A stretch of 32,000 bases of DNA from Zymomonas mobilis subsp. mobilis ATCC 10988. GTDB taxonomy: Bacteria; Pseudomonadota; Alphaproteobacteria; Sphingomonadales; Sphingomonadaceae. The stretch covers positions 750,001-782,000 of the forward strand of contig NC_017262.1 in the NCBI RefSeq assembly GCF_000175255.2. Direction: 5' to 3'. Positions within the stretch are counted from its first letter, which is position 1. Each line of letters starts with the position of its first letter. This document shows positions 24,838 to 32,000 of the stretch, piece by piece. The notes below the pieces were generated by a model. The model saw only the letters and a program-made list of their open reading frames with translations, was not told the origin of the DNA and did not search any database. The position numbers and the translations under genes are program-made.

Positions 24838-26232
24838 TCAATAACGATAATGATCCGGCTTGAACGGGCCATTGACCGGAACACCGATATAATCAGCCTG
24901 TTTCTGGGTAAGCTTGCTCAAATGAACGCCCAATTTCGGGAGATGCAAAGCTGCAACCTTTTCATCAAGATGCTTCGGCAACATGTAAACATCTTTCTGA
25001 TATTTATCCGTGTTGCAGAACAGCTCAATCTGCGCCAACACCTGATTGGTGAAGCTGGCTGACATCACAAAGCTTGGGTGACCCGTGGCACATCCCAGAT
25101 TGACCAAACGGCCCTTAGCCAGAACGATGATTTCCTTACCATCAGGGAATTTAACCAGATCAACCTGCGGTTTGATTTCAGTCCATTCCATGTTGGCGAG
25201 CGAATTGATCTGAATTTCACTGTCGAAATGACCGATATTGCAGACAATCGCATGCTGCTTCATGGCGCGCATGTGATCGAGCGTAATAATATCGGCATTA
25301 CCGGTGCAGGTAACGAAAATATCAGCTCGCGGTGCCGCTTCTTCCAAGGTAACGACTTCATAGCCTTCCATGGCGGCCTGAAGCGCACAGATCGGATCGA
25401 CTTCGGTTACCAGAACACGCGCGCCACCATTCCGCAAGGAAGCGGCAGAGCCTTTACCCACATCACCGAAACCGGCGACACAAGCCACTTTACCGGCCAA
25501 CATCACGTCGGTTGCGCGGCGGATGGCATCGACCAAAGATTCTTTACAACCATAGAGATTGTCGAATTTTGACTTGGTCACGGAATCGTTGACGTTAATC
25601 GCTGGGAAAAGCAATTCGCCTTTCTTGGCAATTTCATACAAACGATGAACACCAGTCGTGGTTTCTTCGGAAACACCCTTAATGGCTTTTGCGGTTTTGG
25701 TTAAGAAACCGGGGGTTGCAGCAACCCGACGACGAACCGTTTTCTGGAAGATTTCTTCTTCTTCATTCTGCGGCGCAGGGAATTCAACACCCGCTTCCAG
25801 CTTGGCACCCCACAGAACGAACATGGTCGCATCGCCACCATCATCCAAAATCATATTGGCGGTTTCACCCTTACCCCAATCGAAAATACGATCGACATAA
25901 TCCCAATATTCTTCCAAAGATTCGCCTTTAACGGCAAAAACCGGAATATTCTGTTCGGCAATGGCCGCTGCCGCGTGATCCTGCGTGGAAAAGATATTGC
26001 AGGAAGCCCAACGCACTTCTGCCCCCAAATCGACCAGCGTTTCAATCAAAACAGCGGTTTGGATGGTCATATGCAAAGAACCGGTGATCCGCGCGCCTTT
26101 TAACGGCTTTTTAGCGGCATATTCTTCCCGCAAAGCCATCAGACCGGGCATTTCACCTTCGGCGATATCAATTTCTTTACGCCCCCAGCCAGCAAGGCTG
26201 ATGTCACGGACAATATAAGGCTCATTAGCCAT
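24838..26232 (-). CDS. ahcY: Adenosylhomocysteinase (S-adenosyl-L-homocysteine hydrolase)
   Basis: 464 aa. Contains [28 protein letters not shown], the NAD-binding GFGDVGKG, and GHFDSEI. TAGGAGA RBS upstream. Confidence 0.95.
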   Translation of the reverse strand: MANEPYIVRDISLAGWGRKEIDIAEGEMPGLMALREEYAAKKPLKGARITGSLHMTIQTAVLIETLVDLGAEVRWASCNIFSTQDHAAAAIAEQNIPVFAVKGESLEEYWDYVDRIFDWGKGETANMILDDGGDATMFVLWGAKLEAGVEFPAPQNEEEEIFQKTVRRRVAATPGFLTKTAKAIKGVSEETTTGVHRLYEIAKKGELLFPAINVNDSVTKSKFDNLYGCKESLVDAIRRATDVMLAGKVACVAGFGDVGKGSAASLRNGGARVLVTEVDPICALQAAMEGYEVVTLEEAAPRADIFVTCTGNADIITLDHMRAMKQHAIVCNIGHFDSEIQINSLANMEWTEIKPQVDLVKFPDGKEIIVLAKGRLVNLGCATGHPSFVMSASFTNQVLAQIELFCNTDKYQKDVYMLPKHLDEKVAALHLPKLGVHLSKLTQKQADYIGVPVNGPFKPDHYRY

Positions 26233-26609
26233 AAATGAAGTCTCCTAAGAAAAGGCTAGTCGGCAATCAAATTTCAAAATATATCCGGCGGGTGCTTCAG
26301 CTGTCTTCTGCCAACAGATAAAAAACGCTTTCACAAGCAAAGGCTGGAATCACATTTCTCATCTGCTCGGAAGGCTATATTTCCCCATATTCGGATAGCT
26401 GTAACGTGAGATAACCTGACATGTAAACATTAAGAATATAAAAATATAAATAATTCTTTATGTAAAGTGGCAAGCTGCTCTTCTTCGATATCAGATATCA
26501 AGATAAACTGTTGTATCTTCTCCATAGAATTTTGAATATTGCTTTCTTCGCTGGCCAAAAACCCTTAAACGGTTGGTTTTATGCCCCTTTAGACGTATAG
26601 GCTCTGCAT

Positions 26610-27743
26610 ATGTCCATTCGTCCTTGGCGCCATATAGAGCGCCGCAAATCGCGCAAGATCATGGTTGGTAATGTAGCTGTCGGTGGCGATGCCCCGATCA
26701 GTGTCCAGACCATGACAAACACCCCGACCGTCGATGCTCAAGCCACGATCGCCCAGATCAAACGCTGCGAAGCTGTCGGTGTCGATCTTATTCGGGTATC
26801 CTGTCCCGATAAAGAATCCACCGCCGCTTTAAAGGACATTGTCCGCGCAGCCGAAGTGCCGATCATCGCGGACATCCATTTTCACTATAAACGCGCTTTA
26901 GAAGCCGCTGATGCAGGGGCAGCCTGCCTTCGCATCAATCCTGGCAATATCGGTTCCTCCGAACGCGTTGCCGAAGTTGTCCGCGCGGCAAAAGCCAATG
27001 GCTGCGCCATCCGTATCGGTGTGAATGCCGGTAGCCTTGAAAAAGAGCTACTCGAAAAATATGGCGAGCCCTGCCCCGATGCGCTGGTTGAAAGCGCCCT
27101 TAACCATATTAAATTATTACAAGACCAAGATTTCCATGAATTCAAGGTAGCCGTAAAGGCTTCCGATGTTTTCTTGGCAGTTGCTTCTTATAAAGCGCTA
27201 GCGAAAGCTGTCGATTGCCCGCTCCATCTCGGTATCACCGAAGCCGGTGGCCTTATTGGCGGAACCGTTAAATCCGCTCTGGGTATCGGTAATCTGTTGT
27301 GGGATGGTATCGGCGATACGTTACGCGTTTCGCTTTCCGCTGATCCCGAGCAGGAAGTGCGGGTCGGCTACGACATTCTCAAGACTTTGGATCTTCGCAC
27401 TCGTGGTGTTCGGGTTGTTTCCTGCCCCAGCTGTGCAAGACAAGGCTTTGATGTTGTCAAAACGGTCAAGGCTCTGGAAGAAAGACTGGCCCATATTGCT
27501 ACGCCAATTTCGCTTTCTATTCTGGGCTGCGTGGTGAACGGGCCCGGCGAAGCACGGGAAACCGATATCGGCGTTACCGGTGGCGGTCAGGGTAAGCATA
27601 TGGTCTTCTTGTCCGGTGTCACCGATCATACCGTCGAAGATGCCAAAATGCTCGATCACATCGTTTCCTTGGTCGAAGCCAAAGCAGCCGAAATCGAAGC
27701 CGAAAAAGCAAAAGAGAAGGCGGCCACGGTCGCCGCCGAATAA
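26610..27743 (+). CDS. ispG: 4-hydroxy-3-methylbut-2-en-1-yl diphosphate synthase (MEP pathway)
   Basis: 377 aa. [28 protein letters not shown] is collinear with E. coli IspG. The [4Fe-4S] ligand motifs SCPSCAR and GCVVNGPGE are present. Confidence 0.95.
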   Translation: MSIRPWRHIERRKSRKIMVGNVAVGGDAPISVQTMTNTPTVDAQATIAQIKRCEAVGVDLIRVSCPDKESTAALKDIVRAAEVPIIADIHFHYKRALEAADAGAACLRINPGNIGSSERVAEVVRAAKANGCAIRIGVNAGSLEKELLEKYGEPCPDALVESALNHIKLLQDQDFHEFKVAVKASDVFLAVASYKALAKAVDCPLHLGITEAGGLIGGTVKSALGIGNLLWDGIGDTLRVSLSADPEQEVRVGYDILKTLDLRTRGVRVVSCPSCARQGFDVVKTVKALEERLAHIATPISLSILGCVVNGPGEARETDIGVTGGGQGKHMVFLSGVTDHTVEDAKMLDHIVSLVEAKAAEIEAEKAKEKAATVAAE

Positions 27744-27770
27744 TCTCGTTATAACAAATTTACTTCTCGT

Positions 27771-27797
27771 TATCCCTGCTCATTTTGGGCAGGGATA
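27771..27797 (+). terminator. Hairpin downstream of ispG (possible terminator, no U-tract)
   Basis: Perfect 9-bp stem TATCCCTGC/GCAGGGATA with a 9-nt loop, 27 nt after the ispG stop. It is not followed by a T-run. Confidence 0.35.
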
Positions 27798-27830
27798 CAG
27801 AACCACCTGTTAAAATTCTGTTTTCATTCA

Positions 27831-27856
27831 ACAGAAAAGCCTTTCTTACAAAAGGC
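27831..27856 (-). terminator. Probable rho-independent terminator of the aldolase gene
   Basis: Minus-strand GCCUUU-UGUAAG-AAAGGC followed by UUUUCUGU. It lies 44 nt after the stop. Confidence 0.55.
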
Positions 27857-27899
27857 AGATACAAAGCCTCGTTAAATTAGGCCACCATCTAAGATTCTA

Positions 27900-28817
27900 T
27901 CAATCTTTCTTCTTATAAATCTCGACAATTTTATCCACCAGCTCCAAGGCTTCTTCTCTTGAACGCTGGAAAACATTCCGTCCCATAATTGAACCAAAGC
28001 CGCCACCGTCGCGAATAGCTTCGGCTTCTTTAAAAAGCTCATCTGGCGTTTTTGCTTCGCCACCTGAAAAGACTACCATACGCCGACCTGCAAAAGCTGA
28101 TTCCATAATATGGGAAACACGGTTAGCTAATGGTGCCCAGTCTTTTCCTGAATAAGCTGGGATAGCTTCAGGCTGTTCGATATGAGAAGTCGGTAATTTC
28201 ACCTTGATAATATGACCACCAATCTGGGCAGCGATATGCACAGCATAGGCACTGACATCCAAGGCCGTTTCGCCTCTTTTGGTCAATCGTCCACCGCGTG
28301 GATAGGCCCAAATAACGGTTGCCAATCCGCATCTTTTGGCTTCTGCCGCAATATGGCGGAATTCTTCAATCTGCTCAAAGATAATATCGGAACCGGGATA
28401 AATCGTAAAACCAACCGCCGAACATCCCAATCTTAACGCATCGCCGACACAAGAAGTGACCGCCTGATCGTTCACAGAGGACCAACTATTCGAAGAGTTC
28501 ATCTTCAAAATAGTCGGTATTTGACCGGCAAAAGTCGCTGCTCCCGTTTCCAGCATCCCAAGCGGTGCCGCAAAAGCAGAAAACCCGCCATCAATTGCTA
28601 ATTTATAATGATATTGGGGATCATATCCGGCGGGATTAGGATAAAAACTGCGCGCAGGGCCATGTTCTAAACCTTGATCGACCGGCAAAATAATCAGCTT
28701 GCCAGTGCCACCCAAACGGCCATGATTCAAAATACGAGCAAGATTAGCCTTTGTCCCGGGATTATCACTTTCATAAAGATCAAGAATAGCTTTTACTTCG
28801 GGAGTAATAGACATCAC
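27900..28817 (-). CDS. Class I aldolase of the DhnA/FbaB (archaeal-type) family, probable fructose-bisphosphate aldolase
   Basis: 305 aa. GRLGGTGKLIILPVDQGLEHGP aligns with E. coli FbaB ([20 protein letters not shown]). A candidate Schiff-base lysine lies in GGHIIKVKLP. GGAAGGAG RBS lies 7 nt upstream. The exact substrate cannot be fixed from sequence alone. Confidence 0.8.
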   Translation of the reverse strand: MMSITPEVKAILDLYESDNPGTKANLARILNHGRLGGTGKLIILPVDQGLEHGPARSFYPNPAGYDPQYHYKLAIDGGFSAFAAPLGMLETGAATFAGQIPTILKMNSSNSWSSVNDQAVTSCVGDALRLGCSAVGFTIYPGSDIIFEQIEEFRHIAAEAKRCGLATVIWAYPRGGRLTKRGETALDVSAYAVHIAAQIGGHIIKVKLPTSHIEQPEAIPAYSGKDWAPLANRVSHIMESAFAGRRMVVFSGGEAKTPDELFKEAEAIRDGGGFGSIMGRNVFQRSREEALELVDKIVEIYKKKD

Positions 28818-29218
28818 AGCGCTCCTTCCCTTGGGATATAAGGTAACAGCCCCGGCATATCTAGCTGTATCAGTAAAATAACGCTTTCGGCTGAAAACTT
28901 AATTTGACGGTTACCTGAGCAACTCTTTTTAACCTGATAAGAGAATCAGTCACCCGTTTTTTCTGTCATATAGAAAGATACTATAAGGTTATAGCATCAG
29001 AGCTACAGAGTTAGCTTCTTCTTAAATAAAAAATTTTAAAGTTTTTCTAAAAAATTAGACAAAGATTTGCTTTAACAAGAAAGAATAATCGCCTTATTAG
29101 TGATCATTGCTGCTTAAAATAAAATCATGGGCAAAAATAATGGCTATATTCTTAATTTATTTTGCTCAATTGATGTGATTAAACCTTAAAAAATAATCAC
29201 CATTTTCTTTTACCCAAA

Positions 29219-29384
29219 CAGGTCGCAGGTCGCAGGTCGCAGGTCGCAGGTCGCAGGTCGCAGGTCGCAGGTCGCAGGTCGCAGGTCGCAGGTCGCAGGT
29301 CGCAGGTCGCAGGTCGCAGGTCGCAGGTCGCAGGTCGCAGGTCGCAGGTCGCAGGTCGCAGGTCGCAGGTCGCAGGTCGCAGGT
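29219..29384. repeat. Perfect heptanucleotide tandem repeat (GGTCGCA), 23 full units plus partial units at both ends
   Basis: I counted units directly. 29221-29381 is 23 consecutive identical GGTCGCA units, followed by GGT and preceded by CA. There is no mismatch. AT-rich DNA flanks both sides. Confidence 0.98.
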
Positions 29385-29397
29385 TAATTTTTTAAAA

Positions 29398-29426
29398 AGA
29401 AGAGGCAAGCCTAAAAAGCCTCTTTT
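29398..29426. terminator. Second, bidirectional-looking hairpin abutting the repeat array
   Basis: Stem (A)GAAGAGGC/GCCTCTT(T) of about 8-9 bp with an 11-nt loop. It is followed by TTTTAT on the plus strand and UUUUAAAAAAUUAACC on the minus strand, running straight into the array. Confidence 0.5.
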
Positions 29427-29430
29427 ATCT

Positions 29431-29470
29431 AAAAAAGACAAAAAAAGGGCGACTTAAAAAAGCCGCCCCC
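29431..29470 (-). terminator. Rho-independent terminator of pgk (end of the gap operon)
   Basis: Minus-strand GGGCGGC-UUUUUUAA-GUCGCCC (7 bp, one G-U) followed by UUUUUUUGUCUUUUUU. It starts about 14 nt after the pgk stop. Confidence 0.8.
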
Positions 29471-29483
29471 TTCTTCTGGAAAA

Positions 29484-30677
29484 TTAAGCTTCGAGGGCTT
29501 TAACACCCGGCAGCTCTTTACCTTCCATCCATTCAAGGAAAGCACCACCAGCCGTTGAGACAAAGCTAAAGTCTTTTGCCACACCAGCATGGTTAAGAGC
29601 GGCAACCGTGTCACCACCACCAGCAACAGAGATCAAAGAACCGGCTTTGGTCAAAGCAGCGGCTTCCTTAGCGAGAGCAACCGTGGCTTTATCGAAAGGT
29701 TCAATTTCGAAAGCGCCCAACGGGCCATTCCAGACCAAGGTCTTGGAAGCTTTCAGAACTTCGGTCAAAGCAGCGACGGCTTTCGGGCCAACGTCAAGGA
29801 TCATTTCGTCAGCAGCAACGTCGCTGACCGGAATGGTACGGATCGGCGGATTGGCTTTGAATTCCTTGGCGACAACGACATCGCTCGGAAGATGGATTTT
29901 GCAGCCCGTTTTTTCAGCAGCAGCGAAAATACCTTTAACGGTATCTTTCAGCTCATGCTCACAAAGCGATTTACCAACATCAACACCCTGAGCAGCGAGG
30001 AAGGTATTAGCCATACCACCACCGATGATCAGATGGTCAACCTTGGAAACAAGGTTGGTCAGAACGTCGAGCTTGGTAGAAACTTTAGCACCACCGACAA
30101 CGGCTGCGACCGGATGGGTCGGCTTACCAAGGGCAGCTTCAAGAGCTTCTAATTCTTTCTGCATGGCACGACCAGCGAAAGCAGGCAGCTTGTGAGCCAG
30201 ACCTTCGGTCGAAACATGGGCGCGGTGAGCAGCCGAGAAAGCATCATTGACATAGAAATCGCCGAGCTTAGCTACTTCTGCTGCCAGAGCCGGATCATTC
30301 TTTTCTTCACCAGCATAGAAGCGGGTGTTTTCAAGAAGAGCAACGGCACCAGGATTCAGGGCATCAACGGCTTTTGCTGCAGCTTCACCTTTGATGTCAT
30401 TGATGAAGTGAACCGGACGACCCAGAACGCCAGCCAGCGCATCTTTGATGCGAGCCAAGGACATTTCAGGATTCGGCTGACCTTTTGGACGACCGAAGTG
30501 AGCCAGAATAAGGACTTTGGCGCCCTTTTCAGCCAATTCATTAACGGTCGGGATTGCAGCGCGCAGACGAGTATCATCCGTAACGCGATCGCCATCCATA
30601 GGAACGTTCAGATCTTCGCGAACAAGAACGCGCTTACCTTTGACGTCACCAATATCATCTAATGTACGAAAAGCCAT
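29484..30677 (-). CDS. pgk: Phosphoglycerate kinase
   Basis: 397 aa. Contains [30 protein letters not shown] and [21 protein letters not shown] upstream. From memory the sequence matches Z. mobilis Pgk. Confidence 0.97.
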   Translation of the reverse strand: MAFRTLDDIGDVKGKRVLVREDLNVPMDGDRVTDDTRLRAAIPTVNELAEKGAKVLILAHFGRPKGQPNPEMSLARIKDALAGVLGRPVHFINDIKGEAAAKAVDALNPGAVALLENTRFYAGEEKNDPALAAEVAKLGDFYVNDAFSAAHRAHVSTEGLAHKLPAFAGRAMQKELEALEAALGKPTHPVAAVVGGAKVSTKLDVLTNLVSKVDHLIIGGGMANTFLAAQGVDVGKSLCEHELKDTVKGIFAAAEKTGCKIHLPSDVVVAKEFKANPPIRTIPVSDVAADEMILDVGPKAVAALTEVLKASKTLVWNGPLGAFEIEPFDKATVALAKEAAALTKAGSLISVAGGGDTVAALNHAGVAKDFSFVSTAGGAFLEWMEGKELPGVKALEA

Positions 30678-30837
30678 TATATCCTCCTTTTGGCCGCCTT
30701 ATATCATAAAGCGGATCTGATAACGGAGACAGCCTCCTTACGAGACCCAGCTATAACGGATATATCCCATAACGGGCCTGTATCAGGAGGTTAATGCTGC
30801 AATCAGCTTAATAACTAACTGCAGTAATTAAGAGGCA

Positions 30838-30870
30838 TCCCGCCCCTTGCCACAAGGACAAAAAGCGGGA
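30838..30870 (-). other. Nested stem-loop immediately 3' of gap in the gap-pgk spacer
   Basis: Minus-strand UCCCGC-uuuuugu-CCUUG-ugg-CAAGG-g-GCGGGA, a 6-bp outer stem and a 5-bp inner stem. It lies 30 nt after the gap stop and has no U-tract. It looks like a processing or stability element rather than a terminator. Confidence 0.55.
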
Positions 30871-30899
30871 CAACCCTTTTACCGATAAGATCGCAAAAA

Positions 30900-31913
30900 C
30901 TAGAGCGTTTTAGCCATCTGAGCAGCGGTATCGACCATACGATTGGAGAAGCCCCATTCGTTGTCATACCATGCAACAACGCGAGCCAGCTTACCTTCGA
31001 GAACAGCCGTTTCACGGCTATCAACGGTGGAGCTGTGCGGATCGGAGTAGAAGTCACGGGAAACGAGGGGTTCGTCGGTGTAACCGAGAACGCCAGTCAT
31101 ATCACCGGTGTCAGCAGCGGCTTTAAGAACGCTGTTGATTTCTTCTGCGGTCGTGTCACGCTGCGGAACGAAGGTGAAGTCAACAAGGCTGACATCCGGG
31201 GTCGGGACGCGGATGGAGATACCATCCAGCTTACCTTTGAGTTCCGGGATCACGAGAGCAACAGCGCGGGCAGCACCGGTGCTGGTCGGGATCATGGAAG
31301 CGCTGGCCGTGCGGGCACGACGCAGATCAGAATGGATCTGATCGAGGATGCGCTGATCGTTGGTGAAGCTGTGAACGGTGGTCATCAAACCACGAACGAT
31401 ACCGATTTTCTGCTGAAGAACATGCAGAACCGGAGCCAAGCAGTTGGTGGTGCAAGATGCGTTGGAAACGATCTTGTCATCTGCGGTCAGGTCTTTGTGG
31501 TTCACACCATAAACAACGGTGCGATCAACATCGCCTTTAGCCGGAGCAGAAATCAGAACCTTCTTGGCACCTGCGGTCAGATGAGCAGAAGCTTTTTCGG
31601 TGTTGGTGAAGATACCCGTGCATTCCATCACGATATCAACGCCAAGCTTTTTGTGCGGCAGATTGGCCGGATCACGTTCAGCGGTGACAACAATTTTCTT
31701 GCCATCGATGACCATGTCGTTACCTTCGGTGGTAACGGTACCCGGATAGGTGCCATGTGCACTGTCACGCTTGAACAAGAAAGCGTTGCCTTCAACGCTA
31801 CCCAGGTCATTGATGGTAACCAGTTCAAGTCCAGAATCCGGACGCGACAGAATTGCACGCGCAGCCAGACGGCCGATACGGCCGAAGCCATTAATCGCAA
31901 CTTTAACCGCCAT
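30900..31913 (-). CDS. gap: Glyceraldehyde-3-phosphate dehydrogenase
   Basis: 337 aa. Contains INGFGRIGR (NAD fold) and the catalytic SNASCTTNCLAP, plus WYDNEWGFS. TAGGAGA RBS upstream. From memory the sequence matches Z. mobilis Gap. Confidence 0.97.
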   Translation of the reverse strand: MAVKVAINGFGRIGRLAARAILSRPDSGLELVTINDLGSVEGNAFLFKRDSAHGTYPGTVTTEGNDMVIDGKKIVVTAERDPANLPHKKLGVDIVMECTGIFTNTEKASAHLTAGAKKVLISAPAKGDVDRTVVYGVNHKDLTADDKIVSNASCTTNCLAPVLHVLQQKIGIVRGLMTTVHSFTNDQRILDQIHSDLRRARTASASMIPTSTGAARAVALVIPELKGKLDGISIRVPTPDVSLVDFTFVPQRDTTAEEINSVLKAAADTGDMTGVLGYTDEPLVSRDFYSDPHSSTVDSRETAVLEGKLARVVAWYDNEWGFSNRMVDTAAQMAKTL

Positions 31914-32000
31914 GTTTATTCTCCTAACTTATTAAGTAGCTATTATATTCCATAGCTATTTTTTAACGTGCCGACTTACCGGCGATCGCGGCCAACACCT

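Noticed and set aside
26233-26420. Expected SAH riboswitch upstream of ahcY
   Set aside because: I read the minus-strand leader and did not find the conserved SAH-riboswitch core strings (AGGAGCGC ... CAGGAAC ... GGCGCUC). Only weak 4-5-bp hairpins are present. A covariance-model scan would be decisive, but by eye it is absent.
29219-29384. Possible CRISPR array
   Set aside because: The units are 7 bp and directly abutting with no spacers. No cas genes occur in the window. It is a microsatellite-type tandem repeat, not CRISPR.
29166-29441. 91-aa ORF encoding (CDLRPAT)x7, which might look like a repeat protein
   Set aside because: It is simply the heptanucleotide array read in frame (3 units = 21 nt = 7 aa). 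There is no RBS. It runs through terminator hairpins. It is open only because the unit lacks stop codons in that frame.
31035-31955. 306-aa ORF antisense to gap, and similar long antisense ORFs at 29589..30152, 18787..19455, 19659..20282, 2854..3453, 23614..24132, 25078..25572 and 17231..17731
   Set aside because: These are shadow ORFs opposite strongly supported conserved genes. Their translations are low-complexity or unlike any family I recognise. They lack RBSs.
1-32000. Search for a defence system, prophage, integrative element, toxin-antitoxin pair or biosynthetic cluster
   Set aside because: Every ORF with coding support is a recognisable housekeeping gene. There are no integrase, transposase or recombinase genes and no clusters of unknown genes. 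No compositional break is visible apart from AT-rich intergenic spacers.

Overview
The window reads as an ordinary chromosomal core region of a moderate-GC alphaproteobacterium with very AT-rich intergenic spacers. From memory (not verified), the Gap and Pgk proteins and the ~222-nt gap-pgk spacer match the Zymomonas mobilis gap operon. I can support 21 protein genes, all housekeeping, and one tRNA. In left-to-right order they are trpG (3' fragment), trpD, lexA with an alphaproteobacterial SOS box, prfB, PBP1A, an Amidase_3 cell-wall amidase, RNase E, an M48/TPR periplasmic protease, a DsbA-like oxidoreductase, an RpiR regulator, L-serine dehydratase, a TonB-dependent receptor, tRNA-Glu(CUC), class II DAHP synthase, CysRS, a small lipoprotein, EttA, AhcY, IspG, a class I (DhnA/FbaB-type) aldolase, pgk and gap. 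Several rho-independent terminators are clear. I see no transposase, integrase, phage gene, CRISPR array, toxin-antitoxin pair or defence-island signature. I therefore find no evidence for a novel multi-gene system here. The structure least explained by gene annotation is a mismatch-free 7-bp tandem array, (GGTCGCA) x 23 plus a partial unit, lying between the pgk terminators and the aldolase gene. Secondary points are a TonB-dependent receptor whose N-terminal extension is 50% histidine, with a Fur-box-like palindrome upstream. There is also a GC-rich structured island in the long rne leader, degradosome and condensate-type features in the RNase E C-terminus, and a prfB without the programmed +1 frameshift. 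The nested hairpins of the gap-pgk spacer are also noted. All functional calls rest on motif recognition by eye; no database search was run.
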